Assembly (NCBI GenBank): GCA_963675665.1
Contig: OY776510.1
Location: 2,048,001-2,112,000, forward strand
Direction of reading: 5' to 3'
Source of the DNA: Spirochaetia bacterium
GTDB lineage: Bacteria > Spirochaetota > Spirochaetia > UBA9216
DNA length: 64,000 bases
Part shown: positions 28,202 to 38,683 of the stretch, in pieces
Layout of the letters: every line of letters begins with the position of its first letter
Numbering within the stretch: position 1 is the first letter of the stretch
Translations under genes and position numbers: made by a program
The notes under the pieces: model-generated
The model's input: only the letters and a program-made list of their open reading frames with translations
Database searches by the model: none
Told to the model about the DNA's origin: nothing

Positions 28202-29988
28202 AGCAGCTTCTCCAACTCCGCCGTAAGCTCACGGAAACGCTTTATTGCGGCTTTAACCGGTTCGGGGGTGCTCATGTCGACGCCGGCGGCGGCAAGCGAT
28301 TCAAGCGGATATTTTGACCCGCCCGATTTAAGGAACTCAAGGTATCTGTCACGATCCTTTTCTGTTCCGTTTAAAACCCCGGAGGAAAGCGCTATTGCGG
28401 CGGCCAGGCCTGTAGAATACTTGTAAACATAAAAGGCCCTGTAAAAATGCGGTATCCTCAAACCTTCAAGATCGCTTTCTTCAAAAAGCTCAACATTCGG
28501 TCCGAAGTATTTTTCAAGAAGCCCCCGGTACAGTTTTCGTATTGATTCGACAGACAGCGGCCTGCCTTCTTCAACCATTTTATGAGAAAGATGTTCAAAT
28601 TCTGCAAACATCGTCTGCCTGAAGATCGTGGCGATTATATCATCAACCTGTTTGCCGATTAAATAAGCCTTCATTGAATTTGTCCCGGCATTTTCAAAAA
28701 GATATTTTGCCAGAAGCTGTTCATTGAAGGTCGACGCCACCTCAGCTTCAAATATAGTATAGTTATAATGCTGGAAGGGATTATTTCGCACGGAGAACCA
28801 TGAGTGCATGGAATGCCCGCCTTCATGCGCCAGAGTGAAAACATCACGGAGTACATCTTCCTTATAATTCATGAGAATGTACGGGTTCCCTGCATAACTG
28901 CCCGCAGAGAAAGCTCCCGAACGTTTGCCTTTATTTTCGTAACGGTCTACCCACCCTCCTGTAAGACCTTCACGCAGGGTTGAGCAGTAGGCAGCACCTA
29001 GAGGTTTGAGAGCATTCAGTATTACCTCTACTGCTTCATTGTATGTATGCTTAACCTTTACATCCTTTACAAGCGGGGCATAGACGTCATAGTGTGCAAG
29101 TTTATCAACCCCGAGGGCTTTTCGTCTCAGTTCATAGTAATCATGCAGCGCCGGAAGGTTTTCTCCTATAGTGTTAATAAGATTGTCATAAACATTTTCT
29201 TCAACTTTGTCGGAAAAGAGCGCTGCTGCCCGCGACGACTCGTATTTTCGTACTTTCGACTTATAAACATCAAGGTGGACGCTTCCGGCGTAAAGAGACG
29301 CCAGAGTGTTCTTGTGAGATTCAAATCCGGCGTAAAACTTCAGGTACGCCTTTTTCCGGATTTCACGGTCGGGATTAATCAGAAAAGAGGCGAAGGTGGA
29401 TTGTGTAAGGGGCATTTCACCGTCGGGTGTTTGTATCATACCGAAATCCAGGTCGACATTCGTCAATGCGGAAAATGTTTTATTCGCTGTCTGGTTGGCT
29501 TCGGCCTGCATTGCAAGCAGCCTTTCTTCGTTTTCCGACAGTATGTGGGGCTTGAAACGGAGAATTTTTCGAAGCATTATTCCGTATTCCGACAGTGTTT
29601 CATCAGCGAGAAATTCTTTCATTGTTTCATCAGCGATTGCCTGGATCTCCGGAGTCTGCCAGCTTGATTCAGCCGAAACTTTTGTCGCTGTCGACATGTA
29701 GCGGGCAAAACGTTCCTGGCCTGATGGGTTTCCTTCATCTTCATTTAATCGAAGATGAGCGTAGTACCCAAGCCTCTCGTCAAGAAGTTCTATTTCAATC
29801 ATATAATCAAGACAGGCTTTCAGCGAAGCTGCCGATTCACCGAGAGTGCCCTTGAATTTTGCAATTCCGGATATTTTTGATTCAAGATCTTTCAGCCCCT
29901 TCTCCCATGCTTCTTCAGCGGGATAAAGTCCGGACAGGTCCCATTTGTCCTCAGGTTTAACGTCCCTGCGTTCCGGTATTTTATTCAT
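28198..29988 (-). CDS. pepF: Oligoendopeptidase F (M3B)
   Basis: KWDL, GKRSGAFS, HEGGHSMH, AEVASTFNE, PHFY. Confidence 0.95.
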   Translation of the reverse strand: MNKIPERRDVKPEDKWDLSGLYPAEEAWEKGLKDLESKISGIAKFKGTLGESAASLKACLDYMIEIELLDERLGYYAHLRLNEDEGNPSGQERFARYMSTATKVSAESSWQTPEIQAIADETMKEFLADETLSEYGIMLRKILRFKPHILSENEERLLAMQAEANQTANKTFSALTNVDLDFGMIQTPDGEMPLTQSTFASFLINPDREIRKKAYLKFYAGFESHKNTLASLYAGSVHLDVYKSKVRKYESSRAAALFSDKVEENVYDNLINTIGENLPALHDYYELRRKALGVDKLAHYDVYAPLVKDVKVKHTYNEAVEVILNALKPLGAAYCSTLREGLTGGWVDRYENKGKRSGAFSAGSYAGNPYILMNYKEDVLRDVFTLAHEGGHSMHSWFSVRNNPFQHYNYTIFEAEVASTFNEQLLAKYLFENAGTNSMKAYLIGKQVDDIIATIFRQTMFAEFEHLSHKMVEEGRPLSVESIRKLYRGLLEKYFGPNVELFEESDLEGLRIPHFYRAFYVYKYSTGLAAAIALSSGVLNGTEKDRDRYLEFLKSGGSKYPLESLAAAGVDMSTPEPVKAAIKRFRELTAELEKLL

Positions 29989-30595
29989 CAAGTGCTCCTT
30001 TCAGCAGAAGGCCCATTCTTGCGGCAGCCCTGCCTCTGTGTGATATCAGGTTTTTTTCTTCATCCGACAGTTCTGCGACTGTTTTACCATATTCAGGCAG
30101 GAAGAAGACAGGATCGTAACCGAACCCCCCGGCTCCGAACGGTTCTTCAGCGATGTATCCTTTCATTGTCTCCTGTACAGTGTACACCCTGTAGTCATCG
30201 ACTATTACCGACATGCAGCATACAAACATTGCTACCCGTTCTTCGGGTCCTGAAAGGTGTTTCATGTTAGACAGCAGAAAGCTGTTGCGCTCGCCGCTTT
30301 CAAGGTCAGGTCCCGAACCGTTACTGCCGTAGCGGGCTGAAAAGATCCCGGGCGCGCCGTCAAGCCCTGTGACGCAGAGCCCTGAATCATCTGCAATTAC
30401 TGCTTTTCCCGTCTGGCCGTACAGGGTGCGCGCTTTAAGCAGCGAGTTTTCAAGAAAGGTGCTGCCGTTTTCTTCGCAGTCGAAATCAATGCCCAGATCA
30501 GCGGGTGTCAGCAGATTGACTTCCTTAAGGATCTGCTGCAGTTCAATTTTTTTATGCTGGTTGTTTGTGGCAAGTACGAATTCAGGTTTGTTCAT
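29981..30595 (-). CDS. rdgB: Non-canonical purine NTP pyrophosphatase (RdgB/HAM1)
   Basis: ATNNQHK, ADDSGL, GFGYDPVF, KNLISHR. Confidence 0.95.
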   Translation of the reverse strand: MNKPEFVLATNNQHKKIELQQILKEVNLLTPADLGIDFDCEENGSTFLENSLLKARTLYGQTGKAVIADDSGLCVTGLDGAPGIFSARYGSNGSGPDLESGERNSFLLSNMKHLSGPEERVAMFVCCMSVIVDDYRVYTVQETMKGYIAEEPFGAGGFGYDPVFFLPEYGKTVAELSDEEKNLISHRGRAAARMGLLLKGALDE

Positions 30596-30675
30596 AGGCT
30601 CTATTATTCCAGTAAACCCGACTTGATTCAATAGTCTCGTTGACAGCAAAGCGGTGTTATTGGTATGATCGGCGC

Positions 30676-31122
30676 ATGACTGATAAAGATTGTATATTCT
30701 GCAAAATATTGAGAAAAGAAATCCCGTCTACCGTTATCTATGAAGATGAACTTGTTATGGCGTTTATGGATGTGATGCCGGTGAACCCCGGGCATGTGCT
30801 GATAATACCCAAAGAACATCAGCAGTATATTTCAGACGTGAGCCCTGAAGCTGCAGCCCGTATGTTTGAGGTAGCGAGAAATATAAATACGGCAACCCGG
30901 AAAAGCGCCGCCGAAAACGGGATAAAATGCGACGCATTGAATTTTCTGCTGTCCGACGGCCCCGCTGCTTCACAGGAAGTGTTTCACAGTCATCTTCACA
31001 GTATTCCCAGGTATGAAGGCGACGGCGTCCGTTTTCATTATCCGAACAAAACCGGAAAAATGGCGCCTGCTGAAGAGCTTGCCGCTGCGGCGGAAGAGAT
31101 AATGAAGTATCTTCAAATCTGA
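30676..31122 (+). CDS. HIT family protein
   Basis: DCIFCKI, PGHVLIIPK, QEVFHSHLHSIPR. Confidence 0.92.
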   Translation: MTDKDCIFCKILRKEIPSTVIYEDELVMAFMDVMPVNPGHVLIIPKEHQQYISDVSPEAAARMFEVARNINTATRKSAAENGIKCDALNFLLSDGPAASQEVFHSHLHSIPRYEGDGVRFHYPNKTGKMAPAEELAAAAEEIMKYLQI

Positions 31123-32108
31123 AATACTTCGGCAAAGATGTTTTTCAGCTTTTCTGCAATTTCATGACGGCTTCCCTGCCATTCAAGTCCTGCCGCCCTT
31201 GTATGGCCGCCTCCGCCGAAGGTCGCGGCTATTCTGCCTACGTCTATATCATGAAGGCTGCGAAGGCTGACCGAGCATGTGCTTTCGGTTTCCTCCCTGA
31301 TAAAAATGACGGCTTCACAGTTTTTTACCGCCAGAAGCTGGCTGTAGATTGTGTCCGAGTCGCGGTTTTCGGGCCCGAACCTTTCTTTTTCCTCAAGAGA
31401 TTCATATATAAGGATGCAACGGCCTTCGAACAGAGGTTCGGCACGGGACAGCACTCTTCCGGTAAGGATTTTGCTGTCAAGAGCCCTTCCTCCGTACATC
31501 CTGTAATAAAGATCTTTCAGGGATATTCCGTATCTTAGCAGTTCAGAGGCGAGCTGCATGCTCATGCTGTTGCTGCTGTCGAGATGACGGAAATAGCCCG
31601 TGTCAGTCAGAAAGCCGAACATTAGATCTTCGGCCTGTGCAGGTGTCGGTTCGATGCCGAGTTTCTTGAAAAGCTGGTAAATCATTATTGTAGTTGAAGG
31701 TGCTGCGCCGTTGATGAACGAAACATCTCCGAAAGGCTGGCCTGATGCATGATGATCAATTACTGCAACGGGCAGTCCCTTAATCCCGGAGGCAAAGGTT
31801 TCTCCGATGCGTTCCGGGGTGGAACAGTCAACAATAATGACTGCGGTTGCCGCTGAATACCTGCCTGATGAAGGTTCCCCTGTTTCTGAAATGGATTTGA
31901 TAAAAAGATGTTCAATTTCCTTTGTTTCAGGTCTTATAAAAGGACCTGGAGAGCAAAGCGTTGTGTTTTTCCCGATTTGCACAAGCATGGAGGCCAGGGC
32001 CTTCTGGGAGCCGAGGCAGTCGCCATCCGGTTCGGTATGTCCAAGTATAAAAAAATTTTTATACTTGTGTATAAAATCCGTCAATTCTTCGGGTACAGGT
32101 ATAAGCAT
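31113..32108 (-). CDS. DHH/DHHA1 phosphoesterase (NrnA-like)
   Basis: HTEPDGD, VDCS, IDHH, TDTG, SLRS, GGGH..AAG. Confidence 0.92.
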   Translation of the reverse strand: MLIPVPEELTDFIHKYKNFFILGHTEPDGDCLGSQKALASMLVQIGKNTTLCSPGPFIRPETKEIEHLFIKSISETGEPSSGRYSAATAVIIVDCSTPERIGETFASGIKGLPVAVIDHHASGQPFGDVSFINGAAPSTTIMIYQLFKKLGIEPTPAQAEDLMFGFLTDTGYFRHLDSSNSMSMQLASELLRYGISLKDLYYRMYGGRALDSKILTGRVLSRAEPLFEGRCILIYESLEEKERFGPENRDSDTIYSQLLAVKNCEAVIFIREETESTCSVSLRSLHDIDVGRIAATFGGGGHTRAAGLEWQGSRHEIAEKLKNIFAEVFQI

Positions 32109-32117
32109 GGTTTTTCC

Positions 32118-33302
32118 TTATTTGATTGTTAATATTTCGTTTTGTCTTCCGGGGCCGGAGATCTTCAGGCGTTCGTTTTTAATATAAGCATTTATCTCGG
32201 TGCGCATTCCAAAGGCTGCAGAATAAAGTCCCGGTTCTATTGAGAAACACGAACCTTCAAGAAGAGGTCTGTGGTCCGGAAATTCAACGGAGTCAAGGCC
32301 TGCTCCGCTGCCGTGCACGTTTGTGTCTATTCCATGCCCGGTACGGTGTTTTATCAGTTTGCCGTATCCTCTGTCAATCATGACCTTCCTGGTTTCCCTG
32401 TCTGCGTCAGCGCCTGTTACTGTCTTTTCCGCAGCAAGTTGTGAGTCTATGTAGTCGGCGCATCTGTCCCGGGCGTCTTTTACAGTCCTGAATACTTCCT
32501 GAACGTCTTTCGGGACAGTTCTTCCTGAAAACCCGAGCCAGGAAATGTCGGCGAAAATGCTGCCGGGCTTATCAAATTTTGCCCACAGGTCAAGCTGGAT
32601 CACAGAGTCGGGGGTGATCGGGTTATCGTGTTCTTCGGTAGCGTAATGAGGGTTTCCTGAATTAATGCCGCATGCCACAATTGGCATGTGTTCGGAAATC
32701 ATTCCGCGTGTTTTAAATTCTTCAAGAATCCACTGCTGAACATCTCTTTCTTTTAGAACCCGATGTTCCGTTTTTTTGTCAAATTCACTGAAATGCTCTG
32801 AGATCCTGTTCCAGACGATCCCGACTATCTCATAGAGTTGGGTTGATGCGGTTTCATGCGATTTTATTCCGGACTTATCTATAAGACCGCAAAGCCGCTG
32901 AATTAATCCTGAAGAGCTGTGCAGATGAAAGCCTGTGTTCTGAAGCATCAATCCGGTTCCGTAATCCAGTGTCGAGATGGCAGTTAGCTCAGTTGAAAAC
33001 TGGGCGCCCCATTCAGGCCCGGTATTTTTTATCTGTTCAGATAGTAATTTGATCAGTTCACTGCGGCTGGTGTAAATTTCAAGTTTACCGGGAAGAGAAT
33101 CGAGCTGTACGGGTTCTACGGCATTACAGATTTTGACGGCTTGACCTTTTGCAGGAACCAGATAATACCATGGTCTCGAATTTATTCTTACAGGGGAAAG
33201 CCCCAGAATACGGTCGGAGAGAGGATCCCGGTGAAGAAAATTAAAAAAAAGCCACCCGTCGAGCTGTTCGCCCGCGATGGCTTTCTGAATGTCGGTAAGC
33301 AT
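32118..33302 (-). CDS. M24 family metallopeptidase (Xaa-Pro peptidase-like)
   Basis: NPHY, DLWAK, ADISW, HRTGHG, FSIEPGLY, RTE. Confidence 0.9.
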   Translation of the reverse strand: MLTDIQKAIAGEQLDGWLFFNFLHRDPLSDRILGLSPVRINSRPWYYLVPAKGQAVKICNAVEPVQLDSLPGKLEIYTSRSELIKLLSEQIKNTGPEWGAQFSTELTAISTLDYGTGLMLQNTGFHLHSSSGLIQRLCGLIDKSGIKSHETASTQLYEIVGIVWNRISEHFSEFDKKTEHRVLKERDVQQWILEEFKTRGMISEHMPIVACGINSGNPHYATEEHDNPITPDSVIQLDLWAKFDKPGSIFADISWLGFSGRTVPKDVQEVFRTVKDARDRCADYIDSQLAAEKTVTGADADRETRKVMIDRGYGKLIKHRTGHGIDTNVHGSGAGLDSVEFPDHRPLLEGSCFSIEPGLYSAAFGMRTEINAYIKNERLKISGPGRQNEILTIK

Positions 33303-33319
33303 TATTGAAAGATTATCCG

Positions 33320-33721
33320 TTAAAGATTCAGCTCTATGGATTCTACTCCTTCAAATTTGTCTGAAATATCAATTGTAGAATCAATATCGCCCCAGCTTAA
33401 ATCGTATCTGTCCTTATGCAGGTAAAGGCGAATGTGATCAAATGCACCGTCTTTCCAGAAAATTGAAAAATACGGATATGCCTGCGAATCGCCGTAAATC
33501 AATTCTGCTTTTGATGAAGCTCCGCCGAACCATTCCATAGGAACATAGAATGTAGAATACTGCATTTTGCTGTTGCGGTACAGAATCTTGTATCCGTCTT
33601 CATGAGAATAAACCTTTGCAATAGACACGGTCCTGACGTAATATGGTGAATCTGATGCTTCAGCGAAAAGAGCACCCGCTGCAAACAGCAGAATCATGAA
33701 CACGAGTATGGTCTTTTTCAA
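33320..33721 (-). CDS. Conserved spirochaete-type exported hypothetical protein
   Basis: TTG start after GGAGG, signal peptide, YYVRTV.I.KVY...YVPMEWF. Confidence 0.7.
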   Translation of the reverse strand: MKKTILVFMILLFAAGALFAEASDSPYYVRTVSIAKVYSHEDGYKILYRNSKMQYSTFYVPMEWFGGASSKAELIYGDSQAYPYFSIFWKDGAFDHIRLYLHKDRYDLSWGDIDSTIDISDKFEGVESIELNL

Positions 33722-33915
33722 AGCGGTACCTCCTGAGTTACTTCAATTATATAGTCTTTAAACACTCTAAATCAAGTAGAAAAATAAATTCAGCACATGT
33801 TCATCTTTAAACATGTGAAAGTTCCCTGGTTCGGGTATGACGGTCTTTCGCCTTATATGCTTGAAATCCTTTGGCTTAACCCCTAAAATAAGCTATCTAA
33901 TCAGGGAGAAGCTGA

Positions 33916-34326
33916 ATGCGTGCTGCTGTTGTATATTTTTCTCAAAATAATAACAAAAATCTTGAAAATTTATCGAGGGCATTGGCGAAGGGCATCGGAA
34001 AACAGGGGTTTTTTGTTGATGTCTTTAATGCAAATGATCTTACAAGACGGCTTGTCGGTTATAAGCTGGTTGCCGTCGGTACTGAAGCTTCCGGCGGATT
34101 CGGCAGCAGAATACCCGAAGGGCTGGATAAATTCCTGGCAAGGATCGGTCCTTTTATTAATGTTCGATCGATGGCTTTTATCACAAATAAAGGTATACGG
34201 CATAACAAAAGCCTTCAGAAACTTATGAAAATCATGGAAGCAGAGGGTTTGTTTATTATATCTTCAGAAGTACTGGAAAATGAGAGCGCGGCAGAGGCGG
34301 TCGGAGAAAAACTAATAATAAAATAG
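33916..34326 (+). CDS. Flavodoxin-like hypothetical protein
   Basis: MRAAVVYFS...LSRALAKGI flavodoxin-type start; GGGAG RBS. Confidence 0.65.
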   Translation: MRAAVVYFSQNNNKNLENLSRALAKGIGKQGFFVDVFNANDLTRRLVGYKLVAVGTEASGGFGSRIPEGLDKFLARIGPFINVRSMAFITNKGIRHNKSLQKLMKIMEAEGLFIISSEVLENESAAEAVGEKLIIK

Positions 34327-34378
34327 GTTTAGGGTGTATTACATGCTGCTTTTAACGTCTTGGCCGCTGTCTCTCCTG

Positions 34379-34690
34379 TTATAATATATTCTGTTCCTCG
34401 ATACTTTTATAAATCTCTTTTTCAAAGGATTTCAATAAGCCTTCAATAACCCTTTTCCTTTTTTTCATGACTTCCTTGCTGTTCTGGTCGATAAAAAACT
34501 CAAAAATTTCGATTTCCAGTGATTCCGACAGTTTTTTAAGCATTTTTGAACTCGGAAACCGATTTTTTTGTTCGAGCTGACTTATATAATTCTTTGAGCT
34601 TCCGCATTTTTCTGAAAGCTTTTCCTGAGTGAGTCCTTTGCGTTCACGAAAAATCTTAATGTTTGCTGCAACAATATCTTCTATTTCCAT
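34379..34690 (-). CDS. XRE family helix-turn-helix regulator
   Basis: NIKIFRERKGLTQEKLSEKCGSSKNYISQLE. Confidence 0.9.
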   Translation of the reverse strand: MEIEDIVAANIKIFRERKGLTQEKLSEKCGSSKNYISQLEQKNRFPSSKMLKKLSESLEIEIFEFFIDQNSKEVMKKRKRVIEGLLKSFEKEIYKSIEEQNIL

Positions 34691-34777
34691 AAAACTTATA
34701 TATATAATCTTCGTACAGAAGAATCGAGTTGACAACAGTCAGATAGTAATATTATAATTTATTTTATACTACTAATA

Positions 34778-36238
34778 GTGATACCTAATGTTTTTATAGA
34801 GAAATATATGCAGCAAATCATTCTTGAAAGATTGTTATATTCCACGTCTGACCCTGCCGCAGTAATAAATAATGAATATATGTTTATATTTGTCAATTCA
34901 GGCTATTGCGATTTTTTAAACAGAAAGAAACAGGAACTTATCGGAAGTACAGTCGAATCAATAATTACGCCTCAATATTTTAATGATTTCATAAAACCTC
35001 TTTTAAATAGATGTTCAGCGGGTTATGAAACCTGCCATGAAGCTGTACTGAATGATGACAGAGGATGTGAACATTGTTATAGAATTGACTTTTTTCCATA
35101 TTATGAAACTGAAGAAATGTTAAATGGCTATATTTCAATAGCTCATAAATTAAAAAACCTTGAAATCTATAATGAAAATGCAGGATTGCATATTAAAATG
35201 CTTGATAAAAGCGTAAATGCAATAATGCTTATTGATGATGACGGCATGATCATTTATGCGAATGAAAAAGGCTGGAACCTTATTAACAATAAAAGAGCTG
35301 CTGTTATTTCACATTCAATAAAAGACCTTGTGTTTCTTTTTCCTGAAGATATTCAGGAAAAAATTTTAAGCCGGGATTTTGATATTGAAGAAGCGTATGA
35401 CATCCATTTTCAAAAAAACAGTCAATTTTCAATATTTCTGGAAATAAAAATATCCTCTTTTTACTGGAATGGGAAAGTTTATTTTTACTTCAATGCCAGA
35501 GATATTTCGTATCGCAGAAAGATCGAAGAAAAACTTATTAATGCAAGAGCCTCTGAAGCTGTTGCCCTGGATGTTAAAGAGAGATTTCTTGCAAATATCA
35601 GTGATGAGCTTCGTAATCCTTTAAACGGGATTCTTGGAATGTTTCAATTAATAGATATAAACAGTCTTTCTGATAGCACTAAAACAATTTTGACAAATGC
35701 AATGCACTGCGCTGAAAAACTCTCAGCTGTAATGACGGATCTTATCTTTCTCTCAGAGATAGAAAAAGGCGTTTATCCTGTTCTTTTTGAAATTGACGAA
35801 TGTGTCGGATATATCAAGCGGTTTTTTAAGAATAAAACGGGAAAAAAGAATTTATCGCTGGAAATTAATAAAGAATACGACAGAATGTTTTTTTATAATG
35901 ACAAGATTAAGATTCTTCAGATTATAATACATCTTCTTTCAAATGCAATAAAATTTACAAAAGAAGGGTCAATCATTATTGATTTTTCCTGTACTGAAAA
36001 ATTAGTAATAAAAATCAGGGATGAAGCGCCCGGCATTCCCCGGAATTTGAAAGATAAAATATTTTACCCGTTTTTTCAGATTGAAAATCCATATAATAAG
36101 AACCACTCAGGAATAGGGATAGGATTATCCATAGTAAAAGAAATTCTTACCCTTTTAAGAGGAGAAATCTCTCTAACCTCTGGAAATGATTACGGGAATG
36201 AGTTTATTGTCATTATCCCTTCAGCTGATATTAACTGA
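34778..36238 (+). CDS. PAS-domain sensor histidine kinase-like protein with degenerate H-box
   Basis: Two PAS-like segments, FLANISDELRNPL (His replaced by Asp), LLSNAIKFT, IFYPFFQ, GIGIGLSI. Confidence 0.82.
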   Translation: MIPNVFIEKYMQQIILERLLYSTSDPAAVINNEYMFIFVNSGYCDFLNRKKQELIGSTVESIITPQYFNDFIKPLLNRCSAGYETCHEAVLNDDRGCEHCYRIDFFPYYETEEMLNGYISIAHKLKNLEIYNENAGLHIKMLDKSVNAIMLIDDDGMIIYANEKGWNLINNKRAAVISHSIKDLVFLFPEDIQEKILSRDFDIEEAYDIHFQKNSQFSIFLEIKISSFYWNGKVYFYFNARDISYRRKIEEKLINARASEAVALDVKERFLANISDELRNPLNGILGMFQLIDINSLSDSTKTILTNAMHCAEKLSAVMTDLIFLSEIEKGVYPVLFEIDECVGYIKRFFKNKTGKKNLSLEINKEYDRMFFYNDKIKILQIIIHLLSNAIKFTKEGSIIIDFSCTEKLVIKIRDEAPGIPRNLKDKIFYPFFQIENPYNKNHSGIGIGLSIVKEILTLLRGEISLTSGNDYGNEFIVIIPSADIN

Positions 36239-36262
36239 TTCTCAAGCGACGAAGCTCAGTTG

Positions 36263-36378
36263 TTAAACAGTATGGAGTAAGCTTCTTCGTGCCGTTTAAC
36301 GGCCACTTGCAGCCGCTTATAAGCTGGTAAATCTTTTTAATTCTTAAAAAAGTATGGAGTAAGCTTCTTCGGCCGTTT
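36263..36378. repeat. Direct duplication of the lon 3' end
   Basis: agtatggagtaagcttcttcg is identical at 36269-36289 and 36351-36371, with similar flanks. Confidence 0.85.
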
Positions 36379-38683
36379 TGACAAAGTGGAACTCAAGCGC
36401 GCCCTTGACTTCTTCGGGAAGTTCATCATAATCCTTGCGGTTGCCTTCCGGAATTATTACATCAGTCATCTTTGTGCGGTAGGCTGCAAGGGTTTTTTCT
36501 TTTAGGCCGCCGATGGGCAGAATGCGCCCGGTAAGCGTAACCTCGCCGGTCATCGCGAAAGATTTTCGGACGGGAACGTTTTTGAATATTGAAAGCAGGG
36601 CCGAAACGATTGTAATACCGGCGGACGGGCCGTCTTTGGGTATTGCGCCTTCCGGAACGTGAATGTGGATGCTTTTTTCATCGTAGAAATTCTTTTCAAG
36701 ACCGAATTTTTCGTAATTGGAGCGGATAAACGACAGTGCTGTGCGGGCGGATTCTTTCATAACGTCGCCCAGCTGGCCCGTCAGGATGAGTTCTCCCTTG
36801 CCTTCGATTAAGGCTGCTTCGACCGGAAGCAGGGTTCCGCCGAGTTCGGTCCACGCCATGCCGTGTACAAGACCGGGCCTTTGCTCGGCATAGACAAGGT
36901 CGTCCTGAAACAGTTCCTTTCCAAGCAGTTTTTTAAGGCTTTTTGCAGTAATAAGACGCCGGTACTCCGCATTGAGCTTTTCATTCTTTGTCAGCGCTTC
37001 ACGGGCGGTTTTTCTGAGGATTGATGCGATCTGGCGTTCCAGATTACGTACGCCCGATTCCATCGTGTAATTATGAATTATCTTCAGTACTGCTGACTTC
37101 CGGATATCAATCTTTGTTTCGGTAAGACCGTTTTCTTCTTTCTGTTTGGGAATGATAAAGTCAGCCGCAATCCGGGTTTTTTCAAGATCGGTATAACCCG
37201 GAATTTCGATTATCTCCATACGGTCCCGCAGCGGGTAGGGGATATTATGTATTGAGTTGGCTGTAGTAATAAACATTATGCCCGAAAGATCATAAGGTAC
37301 CTCAAGGTAGTGATCAATAAAGGTGGAGTTCTGTTCGGGGTCAAGGACTTCAAGCAGGGCGGATGCAGGATCGCCCTTGAAGTCGGAACTCATTTTGTCG
37401 ATTTCATCCAGCAGAAATACGGGGTTTGATGAGCCGGCTTTCTTGATTGACTGGATTATCTTGCCGGGAAGTGCTCCGACATAGGTTTTTCTGTGGCCCC
37501 GGATTTCCGCCTCGTCGCGAACGCCTCCGAGTGAAATGCGAACAAATTTACGATCAAGTGCGCGTGCGACCGACTTGCCGAGCGAGGTTTTTCCGGTTCC
37601 CGGAGGACCGATGAAGCAAAGTATCGGGCCTTTCATCTTTTCTTTGAGTTGACGTACAGCTATATAATCGAGAATCCGGTCTTTGGGTTTCCTCATATTG
37701 TAATGGTCTTCATCGAGGATTTCAGCCGCCCGGTTAAGATCCTTGTTGTCTTCGGTTTTGATTGCCCACGGAAGATCAGCAAGCCATTCGAGGTATGTAC
37801 GCAAAACCCCGGATTCAGGGCTCATCGGCTGAAGCTTGGACAGCCTGGCGCCTTCCTTTTTGGCCTTTTCGATAATTTCAGCCGGGGCCTGTTTTGCCTC
37901 GATGGTTTTAACATATTCATCAATTTCCTGGGCGTCGTCTTTTTCCCTGCCAAGTTCCCTGTTGATTTCCTTAATCTGTTCGTTAAGAAAGTATTCCTTC
38001 TGGTTTCTTTCCATCTTTTTACGGACACGGCTGTTGATGCTGCTTTGCAGATTGAGCATTTCGATTTCAGCTTCTATCAGTATGGCCAGCGCATCGAGCC
38101 TTTCTCCGGTATCGAGTATCGACAGTACTTCGAGTTTCAATTCTTTTTTTATCTGAAGATTTGCAAGCACCACATCGGTCAGCTTGTCGGGATATTCAGC
38201 TTTTTCCGCCGCTTTAATTGCGTCCTTTGAAATGCTTTTTTTCAGTGAGCAGTATTTTGAAAAGGATTTAAGGACGGCAGCCATAATCGGAACAAGTTTT
38301 TCATCAGTCTCGGTGTTTATTTTTATAGGGGTTAACTGTGCATAGGTATAATTGCGTTCAAGTTTCAGTTTTCGGACAACTGCCCGTTGTTTGCCTTCGA
38401 TAAGAACCCTGGCAGTGCCGTCCGGCAGCTTGAGGACCTGGAGAATGTGAGCTATGGTTCCGGTATGGTGAATATCTTCCATTGCCGGTTCTTCGGTGTC
38501 GCCAAGCTGGCATGAGATAAACACCATACGATCAGCAGCCATTGCAGCGTCGATGGCATTTATTGTACTTTCCCTTCCGGTAAAAAAGGGAGTAACCATA
38601 AACGGCAGTACAACAAGGTCTTTTAATGCGACAAGCGGGATTTCACGCTTGTCGTTTTTTATTCCGGAAGGCAATAATTTCAT
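36344..38683 (-). CDS. lon: Endopeptidase La (Lon)
   Basis: [34 protein letters not shown]. Confidence 0.97.
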   Translation of the reverse strand: MKLLPSGIKNDKREIPLVALKDLVVLPFMVTPFFTGRESTINAIDAAMAADRMVFISCQLGDTEEPAMEDIHHTGTIAHILQVLKLPDGTARVLIEGKQRAVVRKLKLERNYTYAQLTPIKINTETDEKLVPIMAAVLKSFSKYCSLKKSISKDAIKAAEKAEYPDKLTDVVLANLQIKKELKLEVLSILDTGERLDALAILIEAEIEMLNLQSSINSRVRKKMERNQKEYFLNEQIKEINRELGREKDDAQEIDEYVKTIEAKQAPAEIIEKAKKEGARLSKLQPMSPESGVLRTYLEWLADLPWAIKTEDNKDLNRAAEILDEDHYNMRKPKDRILDYIAVRQLKEKMKGPILCFIGPPGTGKTSLGKSVARALDRKFVRISLGGVRDEAEIRGHRKTYVGALPGKIIQSIKKAGSSNPVFLLDEIDKMSSDFKGDPASALLEVLDPEQNSTFIDHYLEVPYDLSGIMFITTANSIHNIPYPLRDRMEIIEIPGYTDLEKTRIAADFIIPKQKEENGLTETKIDIRKSAVLKIIHNYTMESGVRNLERQIASILRKTAREALTKNEKLNAEYRRLITAKSLKKLLGKELFQDDLVYAEQRPGLVHGMAWTELGGTLLPVEAALIEGKGELILTGQLGDVMKESARTALSFIRSNYEKFGLEKNFYDEKSIHIHVPEGAIPKDGPSAGITIVSALLSIFKNVPVRKSFAMTGEVTLTGRILPIGGLKEKTLAAYRTKMTDVIIPEGNRKDYDELPEEVKGALEFHFVKTAEEAYSILF

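Noticed and set aside
36290-36330. Integron attC-like GTTTAAC start
   Set aside because: No matching GTTRRRY arm, no array and no integrase in the window.
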